Shown here in pieces: positions 10,605 through 19,573 of a stretch of DNA of 64,000 nt (position 1 is its first letter; each line of letters starts with the position of its first letter). Location of the stretch: positions 1,551 to 65,550 of the forward strand of contig JBDRRJ010000008.1 in assembly GCA_043825855.1 (NCBI GenBank), written 5' to 3'. Below the pieces are notes generated by a model. That model worked only from the letters and a program-made list of their open reading frames with translations. It ran no database searches and was not told the origin of the DNA. Made by a program: the position numbers and the translations under genes. The stretch comes from Pseudomonadota bacterium. GTDB taxonomy: Bacteria > Desulfobacterota > UBA8473.

Positions 10605-10639
10605 AGAAACATAAATATGCTTGGCATGATGATTCATTT
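10596..10639 (+). repeat. Left copy of a 44-nt imperfect direct repeat (partner at 14240-14283)
   Basis: Hand alignment gives 36/44 identical positions. The copy covers the last codons and stop of the DUF167 gene and ends where the manC' homology ends. Confidence 0.55.
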
Positions 10640-10806
10640 ACTATTGCATAGATATTCTCTTTAGGGATTATATAGGTCAACTTTTCAATGTTCTTATTAA
10701 TCATAGTCTCTTTTCCGATAATATCCAGAAACTGTTTGGGTTTTGGCTTTCTACTTTTAGGCCAGAACCTGGTTCCTTGCCCCCCTGCCATTATTAAAGC
10801 AAACAC
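10633..10806 (-). pseudogene. manC: Mannose-1-phosphate guanylyltransferase, N-terminal ~58 codons only (3'-truncated)
   Basis: MFALIMAGGQGTRFWPKSRKPKPKQFLDIIGKETM...ENIYAIVNE is a nucleotidyltransferase N-terminus of the ManC/CpsB type. Homology stops after about 58 aa, whereas full-length proteins are about 350-480 aa. Confidence 0.7.
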
Positions 10807-10856
10807 TAAATTGACTCCTGCAAAAAATGATAGTTTAAAAAATACTCCTTTTCACT

Positions 10857-11741
10857 TCAACATTCATTCTCAAAATATTCTGCTAGAGCATATTCCCATG
10901 GTCTCAAAGTAAACCCAGTCTCTTTTTCGAATTTAGAACAGTTTAGTACAGAATAGGCAGGTCTCTTGGCAGGACTATTGTAAATCTCCGAACTAACAGG
11001 CGTTACTTTTATGCTTTCTATATGAGCTAATTCCAGTATCTTAAGGGCAAACTGATACCATGAGCAGGTTCCCCTGTTTGTTATATTATAAACCCCCTTA
11101 AGATTAAGTTCCAGCATTACACCAATGGCATATGCCAGGTCTTTAGTATAGGTAGGGGATCCAATCTGATCATCTACAACCTTCAACTCCTTTTCGACTA
11201 ATGTTAACTTCAGGATTATATTCACGAAGTTATTGCCCTTTTTTCCGTATAACCACTCTGTTCGGACAATAAGAAGATCCTCTGTTATCTCTTTAACGTA
11301 TTCTTCGCCTTTGAGTTTAGATTTACCATAGATGTTTAATGGGTTTGGAGTATCATCCTCCATGTAAGGTTCTCCCCTCTTACCGTCAAAGACATAATCG
11401 GTGCTGATATGAATCAGCTTAATATTACCCTCCTCACATGCTAGGGCCACATTTTTTGCACCTTCGGCATTGACCATAAAGGCATTCTCGACCTCTGTCT
11501 CACACCCATCCACATTGGTAAATCCCGCCAAGTTAACAACGATTTGGGGATTTATATCCAGTATCTTTTCTCTTGTTATCTCCTTGTTGGTAATATCAAA
11601 ATCTTTGTAATCTTTCCCTATAACCTCGTGTTTTATCCGCAGTATCTTAATCAGATCATTGCCCAGCAGCCCGCTGGCGCCGAGAATCAGTATCTTAAAT
11701 CGTGAATCGACTTCCGACTTACGACTCACAATTTTCCCCAT
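10857..11741 (-). CDS. rfbD: dTDP-4-dehydrorhamnose reductase
   Basis: KILILGASGLLGNDL Rossmann start and an RmlD-like body. The ORF extends upstream to 11867, but the Met at 11741 fits the family length. Confidence 0.88.
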   Translation of the reverse strand: MGKIVSRKSEVDSRFKILILGASGLLGNDLIKILRIKHEVIGKDYKDFDITNKEITREKILDINPQIVVNLAGFTNVDGCETEVENAFMVNAEGAKNVALACEEGNIKLIHISTDYVFDGKRGEPYMEDDTPNPLNIYGKSKLKGEEYVKEITEDLLIVRTEWLYGKKGNNFVNIILKLTLVEKELKVVDDQIGSPTYTKDLAYAIGVMLELNLKGVYNITNRGTCSWYQFALKILELAHIESIKVTPVSSEIYNSPAKRPAYSVLNCSKFEKETGFTLRPWEYALAEYFENEC

Positions 11742-12735
11742 ACATCTTATTATAGTATTTCTGGTACTCTCCGCTTTTGATCTTTTTCCACCAGAACTTA
11801 TTCTTAATATACCACTCTGTGGTTTTCTTAATTCCTTCTTCGAACGTGTATACGGGTGACCACCCAAGCTCCCTATGAATCTTGGTAGAGTCTATGGCGT
11901 ACCGTCTGTCATGACCAAGACGGTCTCTTACGTGTTTTATAAGCCCTTCAGGTTTCCCCAATATCTGGAGAATTATTTCAGTTATCTCCAGATTTGTTTT
12001 TTCACAGTTTCCACCAATATTATAAACTTCCCCATTTTCCCCTTTTTCAATAACAAGATCGATTGCACGGCAATGATCCTCCACGTATAACCAGTCTCTA
12101 ATATTTAATCCATCGCCATATAGGGGGAGAGGTATATCTGTTAAGGCATTGGTAATGAACAGAGGGATAACCTTCTCAGGAAATTGGTAAGGGCCATAAT
12201 TGTTGGATGATCTGGTGATGATCACTGGCAGATTATAGGTTTGGTGAAATGCCCTAACTAGGAGATCTGCGCTGGCTTTACTTGCAGAATAAGGACTGTT
12301 AGGCGCAAGGGGGGTGTTTTCTGTAAAGTATCCATCAGTGCCCATAGATCCGTATACCTCATCAGTGGATATCTGAATGAACTTTTTAACAAAGTGTTTT
12401 TTTGCGGCTTCTAATAGAACATTGGTGCCCAAAACGTTTGTATTAATAAATACACTGGCATCCATGATACTTCTGTCTACGTGAGACTCTGCAGCAAAAT
12501 TAACTATGACGTCAACCCCGTTTTTTACCACCCCATCAACTAATTTGGCGTCGCATATGCTCCCATTTATGAATTTATAACCGGAAATGGAGGATATGTC
12601 TCTCAGATTTTCTAGATTGCCAGAATATGTTAATTTATCCAGGTTAATGATCTTATAATGGGGATGCTTGGCAAAAATATACCTGATAAAGTTTGATCCA
12701 ATAAATCCGGCACCCCCTGTCACAAGGATCTTCAT
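11719..12735 (-). CDS. rfbB: dTDP-glucose 4,6-dehydratase
   Basis: MKILVTGGAGFIGSNF...YSASKASADLLVRAF (YxxxK) is the RmlB signature. Confidence 0.95.
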   Translation of the reverse strand: MKILVTGGAGFIGSNFIRYIFAKHPHYKIINLDKLTYSGNLENLRDISSISGYKFINGSICDAKLVDGVVKNGVDVIVNFAAESHVDRSIMDASVFINTNVLGTNVLLEAAKKHFVKKFIQISTDEVYGSMGTDGYFTENTPLAPNSPYSASKASADLLVRAFHQTYNLPVIITRSSNNYGPYQFPEKVIPLFITNALTDIPLPLYGDGLNIRDWLYVEDHCRAIDLVIEKGENGEVYNIGGNCEKTNLEITEIILQILGKPEGLIKHVRDRLGHDRRYAIDSTKIHRELGWSPVYTFEEGIKKTTEWYIKNKFWWKKIKSGEYQKYYNKMYGENCES

Positions 12736-12745
12736 GGGTTTATCC

Positions 12746-13201
12746 TTATTTATTCTTTCTTCCCCAATCATATGGGATATCATTTTTATGGGGATCTACC
12801 CTGAACTCGTCGGGTTTATCATAATTGTAGACTTCAGTGGGGCAGTTTATAACTATCGATTCCTCTTCACTGATACATTTAAAACCATGGTAGACAAATG
12901 GAGGTATCTGTACCAAGATGGGATTATGCTCCCCCATAAAGAACTCATTCACCTCACCGTACGACTTTGAATCGTTTCGGCTATCATAAAGAACAACCTT
13001 CATCATACCCTTTATAACCGCCATATTATCTACCTGTTTCTTATGATAATGCCAGCCCTTGACCACGCCTGAATATGCTGTTGTCATATAAACCTGGCCG
13101 AATTTGACAAACAGATCGTCATCTGCCCGCAGCATTTCCATCAGCCTGCCTCTTTCATCAGGGATGACCTTGAGTTTTTTAATCCTTACGCCTTCAATCA
13201 T
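12746..13201 (-). CDS. rfbC: dTDP-4-dehydrorhamnose 3,5-epimerase family protein (short cupin form)
   Basis: 151 aa. DERGRLMEM...VKGWHYHKKQVDNMAVIKG...IPPFVYHGF is an RmlC-like cupin. A 3,4-ketoisomerase activity cannot be excluded. Confidence 0.7.
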   Translation of the reverse strand: MIEGVRIKKLKVIPDERGRLMEMLRADDDLFVKFGQVYMTTAYSGVVKGWHYHKKQVDNMAVIKGMMKVVLYDSRNDSKSYGEVNEFFMGEHNPILVQIPPFVYHGFKCISEEESIVINCPTEVYNYDKPDEFRVDPHKNDIPYDWGRKNK

Positions 13202-13244
13202 TGTTTACTCCTGCTACCATGGGTGATTCATCAACGAGCAAATA

Positions 13245-13976
13245 TCAACCGATTTTATTTGCCCCGGTCTTAGCCACTAATTTGCTGGCATTGAGAAGGG
13301 ATTCAAATGTCCCCGCGTCTGTCCACCAACCATCCAGTATTTCATGGGTCATCTTATCCCTTTCGACATAGGTATTGTTCACATCAGTGATTTCTAGTTC
13401 CCCTCTATCTGAGGGTTTAAGTGTCTTTATAATGTCGAAGACAGTCCTGTCATACATATAGATACCTGTAACAGCATATTTGGACTTGGGCTTCTTGGAT
13501 TTTTCTTCTATTCCTATGATCTTATCATTATAAATCTCTGGAACGCCAAAACGCTCTGGATCCGGAACCTCCTTTATTAGAATCTTTGCCCCATCTTTCT
13601 GTTTTTTGAATGTTTTAACGGCATTGATAATATTTTTTTCAATTATATTATCTCCAAGAATTACACAGATATTATCATCATCCGCAAAGAATTCTGCAAG
13701 GATTAAAGCCGCGGCTATTCCTCCTTCTCCTTCCTGATAAGTATAATTTATATGTCTTAGCCCAAACTCTTTTCCATTTCCCAAAAGTTTCAGGAAATCA
13801 CCAGCATTATTGCCCCCGGTAACTACCAGAATGTTGTCTATCCCTGCATTGACGAGGGTCTGAATGGGGTAGTATATCATAGGCTTATTATAAACTGGTA
13901 ATAGATGTTTATTTGTAACCTTTGTTAGTGGATATAATCGGGTTCCCAGCCCTCCGGCTAATACTATACCTTTCAT
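13245..13976 (-). CDS. rfbA: Glucose-1-phosphate thymidylyltransferase-like sugar nucleotidyltransferase (short form)
   Basis: MKGIVLAGGLGTRLYPLTKVTNKHLLPVYNKPMIYYPI is the RmlA-type N-terminus. Confidence 0.85.
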   Translation of the reverse strand: MKGIVLAGGLGTRLYPLTKVTNKHLLPVYNKPMIYYPIQTLVNAGIDNILVVTGGNNAGDFLKLLGNGKEFGLRHINYTYQEGEGGIAAALILAEFFADDDNICVILGDNIIEKNIINAVKTFKKQKDGAKILIKEVPDPERFGVPEIYNDKIIGIEEKSKKPKSKYAVTGIYMYDRTVFDIIKTLKPSDRGELEITDVNNTYVERDKMTHEILDGWWTDAGTFESLLNASKLVAKTGANKIG

Positions 13977-14239
13977 ATCTCTTCACCTCCCTGTTCCTTC
14001 AACTCCTTTATATTTGCCAAGTGTTCCAGAAAGAATACGAGAATTATACCTGTAAATAAGGATTCTGCCCCTGTGATAAGAGCTTTGAAAAGGTACCCCT
14101 TTTCGCCTCAGTATACTTTTTTTGACTCAAATAAGTTCGCCCCATTGAAAATTCACAAACTTACTCTTGGAGTTTAAAAAACTGAAAATCATGAATCAAA
14201 AGTGGGAAGTAGTAAATAGTTTGAACCTTTGGGTTAACG

Positions 14240-14283
14240 CTGACTTAAAGAGGAATAAGCATGTTTGGCATGATAAATCATTT
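14240..14283 (+). repeat. Right copy of the 44-nt imperfect direct repeat (partner at 10596-10639)
   Basis: CTGACTTAAAGAGGAATAAGCATGTTTGGCATGATAAATCATTT versus CTGACTTAAAGAAACATAAATATGCTTGGCATGATGATTCATTT. Confidence 0.55.
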
Positions 14284-14340
14284 TTATTTAGTGTTGAACC
14301 CCTTCTGATTTCACCTTTTTAAAGAGTGTCGGAAAAATTA

Positions 14341-14560
14341 TCTTTCAAAAATAAATAACCTGTTTTTCAAATAATACTCATCGTATCCAACTTTTATCGG
14401 AATTGGTGAATCATATCTGCCATTTACAAAAATCGCTGGCAGATTGAGCTATTTTTCAAGGAGTTGAAACATTACTTGAACATCAAAACCTTCGTATGAA
14501 CAACCTCCAATACTACTATCCTCAAGATCCAAATTTGGGTAGCACTAATATTAAATAGGG
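14341..14560 (+). mobile_element. IS4-family DDE transposase relic (C-terminal fragment with in-frame stops)
   Basis: The + frame reads ...SAIYKNRWQIELFFKELKHYLNIKTFV*TTSNTTILKIQIWVALIL. It contains the Y(2)R(3)E(6)K signature of IS4-family transposases. There is an internal TGA and no N-terminal body. Confidence 0.7.
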
Positions 14561-14629
14561 AAAAGAAGAGAAACTTTTTCCCGGCGGTAGGGTATAGAGC
14601 TTTTTTCAAAATGTTGATAATTGAGTACT

Positions 14630-15793
14630 TCATTTGGCGTGCAGACTTTCCAGCCTTCTGCATGCCTCATCCAGAACATCACCATCCTTGGCAAAACAGA
14701 AACGGGCCAGTTCCTCACCGCTATCATCATGGTAGAAGGCCTCACCGGGTACGCAGGCAATACCCGTCTTTCGAAGCAGGTATACAGCCCGCTCTTTGCT
14801 GTTTTCCCCTGGAAGTAAGCTGATATCCGCTAGGACATAATATGCCCCATCCGGGATATTCGGTCGAAGACCAGCCTTGGACAGAGCGTTGCAGATTTTG
14901 TCCCGCTTTTCCATATATATTCGTGAAAGTCCAATGTAATAATCTGGATCCAACTCCTTAAGCCCTTTCGCTACACCTGATTGCAGCGGTGCCGGCGCAC
15001 ACACGTAAACCAGATCGCTGAAAAACCCGATCGCTGTGGACCACTGGGCATCACAGATACAATAACCGATGCGCCACCCCGTTATGCTAAATGTTTTGGA
15101 AAGCCCTGATATGGTGATGGTTCTTTTTTTCATGCCCGGAAGTGTCGCGGGGGGAATATGCCGGCAATCTCCGTAAAGAAAGTGTTCGTAAATTTCATCG
15201 GTAAACACGAAGAGATCATATTTCTTCGCAAATTCGGCAAGCAATTCAAGCTCTACTTGCGAAAATACTTTTCCGGAAGGGTTAGCTGGTGTATTAATCA
15301 TGATACCCCGTGTCCGCGAGGTAACAACCCTCTCAAGGTCTTCAATGGAGAAACTCCATTCAGGCGGTGTCATGCGAATGTAAACGGGTACAGCCTGTGT
15401 TGTCACCAGCGTTTGGACATGATAACCGTAATATGGCTCGAACAAAACGACCTCGTCACCCGGATTGAGCAGCGCAAGACAGGCGCAATAAAGAGCACCA
15501 GTGGCTCCTCCACTAACGATGATCTCGTTTTCCGGATCAACCTTCATACCGTAAAATTGCTTCTGCTTTTCTGCGATTGCCTCGCGCAGTTCAGTCAACC
15601 CGGCGTAGTGGGTGTAGGTATTAATTCCAGCGTCCATGGCTTGCCGCGCCCCGTCCCTGATAAGAAGCGGTACCTCCGTATCGCACACGCCTTGTGAAAG
15701 ATTAATTCCACCCACCCGATCGCACTCGATAGACATGTTGCGAATCTCGGACTGCATAACCCATTCATGGCGATCGCTTAAATATAAACCCAT
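14630..15793 (-). CDS. Class I/II (aspartate/aromatic-type) PLP aminotransferase
   Basis: Fold-type I aminotransferase motifs: INLSQGVCD, the SGGATGALY region and the SGLSKTFSITGWRIGY lysine motif. GAGGA RBS before the Met at 15793. Confidence 0.85.
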   Translation of the reverse strand: MGLYLSDRHEWVMQSEIRNMSIECDRVGGINLSQGVCDTEVPLLIRDGARQAMDAGINTYTHYAGLTELREAIAEKQKQFYGMKVDPENEIIVSGGATGALYCACLALLNPGDEVVLFEPYYGYHVQTLVTTQAVPVYIRMTPPEWSFSIEDLERVVTSRTRGIMINTPANPSGKVFSQVELELLAEFAKKYDLFVFTDEIYEHFLYGDCRHIPPATLPGMKKRTITISGLSKTFSITGWRIGYCICDAQWSTAIGFFSDLVYVCAPAPLQSGVAKGLKELDPDYYIGLSRIYMEKRDKICNALSKAGLRPNIPDGAYYVLADISLLPGENSKERAVYLLRKTGIACVPGEAFYHDDSGEELARFCFAKDGDVLDEACRRLESLHAK

Positions 15794-15850
15794 ATAATTC
15801 CTCACATAAAATAGCCATTGTGAGGCGCTTTCGCGCCGTGGCAATTTTTT

Positions 15851-16972
15851 TTATTTTCCGTAAAACTTCCTTACTATCTCAATTACGTAATCCAACTCAC
15901 TGTCTTCGGTCTCTATGTTCATTGGCAGCGAACAAACTTCCCTGCTCAGAGCCTCCGTTTCCGGAAACCCCCGGTCTTCCAATTTCAGAGCCTCATGACG
16001 ATAATAGGGTTTGCGAAACTGAGTGAGAACCTCCACCCCATTGGCCTTCAGAAACTCGGAGAAATTATTTCCCTGCTTGGCACGGATGGTGTAATTCTGG
16101 TAAACATGATCCCTGCGGGGGTCATCGTAGTGGGGCAACAAGAGATCCGGCAGATCGGAAAGAGAAGCCCTGTATTTCTCCGCTATGTCCTTGCGCCGTG
16201 CAATCCACTGCGGCAGATAGCGAAGTTTCACATCCAAAAACGCAGCCTGCATGTTATCCAGTAAACAGGTGAAGCCATGACCGTGATATTCCCCTGTATC
16301 CCGATCTTCGCCGTTGTATCGCATCCGTGTTGCAAATAGTGCAACATCAGGATCATTCGTCGTAATAGCCCCACCATCGCCATAGCCGCCCAGGATCTTG
16401 AAAGGATAGAAACTCCAGCAGCCAGTCAACCCGCAAGACCCCGCCATTTTTTTCTCGCCTGTCCTACCCGTCATGCTTGCCCCAAGGCTTTGACAGGCAT
16501 CTTCCACAACGACCAGCTTATACTTTTCAGAGATTTCAATAACCCGGACCATATCCGCCATATAGCCGCTCAAATGAACCGGAATAATCCCTTTGGTTCT
16601 GGATGTAATGACCTCCTCGATCTTATCGCAATCGATATTGAAGTCCTTTCCGACATCCACCAGCACAGGTGTTGCTCCCACGTTCACCACCGCCGAACAT
16701 GTAGCTACAAAGGTGTGTGCCGGTACAATGACTTCGTCACCGGGGCCGATGCCTGCCGCCCGCAGAGAAATATGAAGGGCGTCATAGCCGCTGTTCAGCC
16801 CCACTGCATACTTCGTCCCAACAAATTTTGCCAGATTTTTTTCGAAACTTTGCAATTGACCCCGATCGATCAGATCTCCTTTACTCATAACCTCGAAGTA
16901 GGCTGTATCCAACTCATCCTTAATCATCCGATAAACCTTATCCGGTTCAACGAATTTCACTTTCATATCCAT
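15851..16972 (-). CDS. DegT/DnrJ/EryC1/StrS-family sugar aminotransferase
   Basis: 373 aa. GDEVIVPAHTFVAT...EDACQSLGA...SFYPFKILG (active-site Lys context) are typical of the family. Confidence 0.9.
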   Translation of the reverse strand: MDMKVKFVEPDKVYRMIKDELDTAYFEVMSKGDLIDRGQLQSFEKNLAKFVGTKYAVGLNSGYDALHISLRAAGIGPGDEVIVPAHTFVATCSAVVNVGATPVLVDVGKDFNIDCDKIEEVITSRTKGIIPVHLSGYMADMVRVIEISEKYKLVVVEDACQSLGASMTGRTGEKKMAGSCGLTGCWSFYPFKILGGYGDGGAITTNDPDVALFATRMRYNGEDRDTGEYHGHGFTCLLDNMQAAFLDVKLRYLPQWIARRKDIAEKYRASLSDLPDLLLPHYDDPRRDHVYQNYTIRAKQGNNFSEFLKANGVEVLTQFRKPYYRHEALKLEDRGFPETEALSREVCSLPMNIETEDSELDYVIEIVRKFYGK

Positions 16973-16988
16973 AATGCCATATGTCTCC

Positions 16989-17972
16989 CTATCTTGTTAT
17001 TTTTAGAATCACCTGAATTATGTCCTCCGAAGTCTGGTAATAGGCCTCTTCCAGAATTCTACTGGCCGGTGCCGGGCAATCAGGCAGAGCTACCCGAAGA
17101 ACCGGCGCTTTCAAAACATCAAAGGCATTTTCCATCACCAACGCGATGATCTCTGATGAGATACCAAAGGATTTCCATCCGACGTCAGCAACGATGGCCC
17201 TTCCGGTTTTTCGAACAGAATTCAAAATGATTTCTCGATCCAGGGGCTTGACTGTCCTCAAATCGATGACTTCTACATCCACATCTTTGGAGACAAGGGC
17301 TTCAGCCGCTTTCATAGCCTCGTGAACCATTAGGGAAACCGCCACAATCGTCACATCTTTTCCCTCTCTGCGTATACAACCTTTCCCGATTTCCACGTTA
17401 TATATATCTTCCGGTACTGGCTCTTCCAGGCTATAAAGCAAACGGTCATCTACAAAGACCACAGGATTTGGATCTCGAATAGATGCAATCATGAGCCCCT
17501 TGGCATCATATGGTGTTGCTGGCATCACAACCTTCAAACCTGGTACATGAGCAAATATAGAATGCAAGGCCTGAGAATGCTGGGCAGCCTGCTCGCCACC
17601 CCGATTGATGATCCCCCAAATAACTATCGGAACGGACAGTTTTCCACCATTCATGTAATACCAATTGGCAGCCTCATTGATTATGGGGTCAAAGGCGTAT
17701 AACATAAAATCCATTCGGGTATGAACCACGACCGGTTTCATGCCGGCGATCGCTGCACCAACAGCGGTGCCTGTTACGCCATTTTCGGATATGGGTGTAT
17801 CGATGACCCGCGCCTCCCCAAACTGATTTAAAAGATTCTGTGCTGTATTCCCTACATACCAGGGACTTTTGACACCTTGTCCGATAAGAAAAACGGAAGC
17901 ATCCTCTTCCATCATCTGGTGCAGAGCCTCGTTGATTGCAAGGCTGTATTGCAGTTTTCTATGCAAAGACAT
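16989..17972 (-). CDS. ThDP-dependent 2-oxoacid dehydrogenase E1 component, beta subunit-like
   Basis: 327 aa. ...VFLIGQGV...RVIDTPISENGVTGTAVGAAIAGMKPVV... is the transketolase Pyr/C-terminal domain pattern of PdhB/AcoB. Confidence 0.88.
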   Translation of the reverse strand: MSLHRKLQYSLAINEALHQMMEEDASVFLIGQGVKSPWYVGNTAQNLLNQFGEARVIDTPISENGVTGTAVGAAIAGMKPVVVHTRMDFMLYAFDPIINEAANWYYMNGGKLSVPIVIWGIINRGGEQAAQHSQALHSIFAHVPGLKVVMPATPYDAKGLMIASIRDPNPVVFVDDRLLYSLEEPVPEDIYNVEIGKGCIRREGKDVTIVAVSLMVHEAMKAAEALVSKDVDVEVIDLRTVKPLDREIILNSVRKTGRAIVADVGWKSFGISSEIIALVMENAFDVLKAPVLRVALPDCPAPASRILEEAYYQTSEDIIQVILKITR

Positions 17973-18936
17973 ATTTAGTCAGCTCTTTCCTTTCAGGACT
18001 TGGACTGTTTTTAGCGAAAGCCTCTGCCTCAATGACCTCCGCCGTCACTTCATGCCTGATATCCTGCAACTGATCCCTGTTTATCAGTTGATTTTCTGTC
18101 AAATATTGTTCAAACATTTTGATCGGATCCTTATCAATCCACATGGCGATTTCTTCTTTGGGTCTGATATCCGTGTGATACCCCTGGATATTGTCATCTG
18201 CTCCTACGTGCCCCCTGAACCGATAGGTCATAAACTCCATAAATATAGGACCGTTTCCATGCTTACAGGCATCAACAGCCTTTTTGCTTGTTTCGAAGAC
18301 TTGAAGTACATCATTGCCATCCACGGTATAAGTATCGATGTCGAAAGGTTCCGCAATTCTGCTGATCGGCAGGTTAACCCGGCACTCCCGTACAGGCATG
18401 TGTGTCGCATAAAGGTTGTTTTCACAGGCGAATATTATGGGAAGCTTCCTTAAAGCAGCAAAGTTCAGGGATTCGTAAAGAACACCTTCACCGGTAGCAC
18501 CATCACCGAAAAAACTCACTGCTACTCGACTATCTTTGCGAATGGAAGCAGCGAGAGCCGCCCCAACGGCCAGCGAAATCGTCCCAGCGACAATCGGGGC
18601 CGAGCCCATCATACCAACAACCGGGTCTATTAGGTGCATTGAGCCGCCCCGCCCCCTGGAACATCCCTCTTCCCGGCAGTAGATCTCCGCCACCATCGCC
18701 TTCATAGAGCCGCCCTTAGCCAGGAAATGGCCATGAGAGCGATGGTTGCCAAAGATGTAATCATCCTTGGAAAGTGCTGAACATAGACCGACGGCAACAG
18801 CTTCCTCACCAGTATATAGATGACAGGGTGCATATACCTCTCCGCTCAGGATTGGTTCTACAAAGCTTTCCTCGCAAAGGCGGATTCGAAGCATCATACG
18901 AAATAAGTGTTTCAATAATTCAATATCATAACCCAT
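17959..18936 (-). CDS. ThDP-dependent 2-oxoacid dehydrogenase E1 component, alpha subunit-like
   Basis: 325 aa. ...HRSHGHFLAKG...GSMH...FFGDGATGEGVLYESLNFAALRKLPIIFACENNLYA is the ThDP-binding motif of PdhA/AcoA. Confidence 0.88.
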   Translation of the reverse strand: MGYDIELLKHLFRMMLRIRLCEESFVEPILSGEVYAPCHLYTGEEAVAVGLCSALSKDDYIFGNHRSHGHFLAKGGSMKAMVAEIYCREEGCSRGRGGSMHLIDPVVGMMGSAPIVAGTISLAVGAALAASIRKDSRVAVSFFGDGATGEGVLYESLNFAALRKLPIIFACENNLYATHMPVRECRVNLPISRIAEPFDIDTYTVDGNDVLQVFETSKKAVDACKHGNGPIFMEFMTYRFRGHVGADDNIQGYHTDIRPKEEIAMWIDKDPIKMFEQYLTENQLINRDQLQDIRHEVTAEVIEAEAFAKNSPSPERKELTKYVFA

Positions 18937-18973
18937 CCGTTTCCTCCTGGGGTTATTGTTCTTCAGCTTTGGT

Positions 18974-19564
18974 TTATTTGATCAAAATTGTCTTTAAAGT
19001 TAAAAAAATGATCTTGACGTCCGTCCAGAAGGATCGCTCTTGCACATACTTCAACTGCAGTCGAATCTTTTCTGGACGGATCTTCTCGAGATAATTTTTA
19101 TCCGGGTCAAGACTGCCCTTCAGCAGTGCCCCTTCATCCGAGTTCCAAAGAGAAGCCCAATCAGTAATTCCCGGTCGTACAGTTAAAATTACCTTCTCTT
19201 CCTCCGTGAACAAGTCTGTAAACTTTTTTACTTCTGGACGTGGACCTACAAGACTCATGTCGCCTACCAGCACATTGATCAACTGCGGCAGTTCATCCAG
19301 TTTATATTTCCGCAGAAACTTACCAATACCAGTTATCCGCGCATCATCATCCGAGGTAGATGAAGCTCCCATATTCTCTGCATTTATAACCATTGTCCGG
19401 AACTTGAATATTCTGAAGGTTTTTCCAGCAAGGCCGACTCTTTCTCCCCGATAGAAAATTGTCCCACCATCTTTGTGTTTTATGAACAAAGCTATGAAAA
19501 CGAGAAGTGGACTTAAGAAAAGAATTCCTATCAATGCTGCTAAAAAATCGAACGTCCGCTTCAA
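18974..19564 (-). CDS. Small monotopic phosphoglycosyl transferase (undecaprenyl-phosphate sugar-phosphate transferase, PglC/WbaP C-domain type)
   Basis: 196 aa. MKRTFDFLAALIGILFLSP...KFRTM...DELPQLINVLVGDMSLVGPRPE is the bacterial sugar transferase signature. Confidence 0.9.
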   Translation of the reverse strand: MKRTFDFLAALIGILFLSPLLVFIALFIKHKDGGTIFYRGERVGLAGKTFRIFKFRTMVINAENMGASSTSDDDARITGIGKFLRKYKLDELPQLINVLVGDMSLVGPRPEVKKFTDLFTEEEKVILTVRPGITDWASLWNSDEGALLKGSLDPDKNYLEKIRPEKIRLQLKYVQERSFWTDVKIIFLTLKTILIK

Positions 19565-19573
19565 TCAATCCTC

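Noticed and set aside
10419-10637. Minus-strand ORF reading ..NHHAKHIYVSLSQ.., considered as a frameshifted continuation of the manC remnant, with a second HAKH-like reading near 14262-14290.
   Set aside because: The shared segment also contains the DUF167 stop codon (CTGACTTAA). It is better explained as a 44-nt DNA direct repeat. Downstream of it the ORF is merely antisense to the DUF167 gene.
11742-11867. N-terminal 42-codon extension of the rfbD ORF, and similar extensions of rfbB (12736-12783) and the cyclase gene (36721-36759).
   Set aside because: The extensions overlap the 3' ends of the upstream genes and precede the conserved Rossmann or family starts. Internal Met codons give canonical lengths.
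15158-18453. Long + strand ORFs (15158..15697, 16490..17149, 17869..18453) in the GC-rich block.
   Set aside because: They lie antisense to well-supported aminotransferase and E1 genes. Their sequences are low-complexity and rich in Arg, Ser and Pro, as expected for shadow ORFs in GC-richer DNA, and they carry no recognisable motifs.
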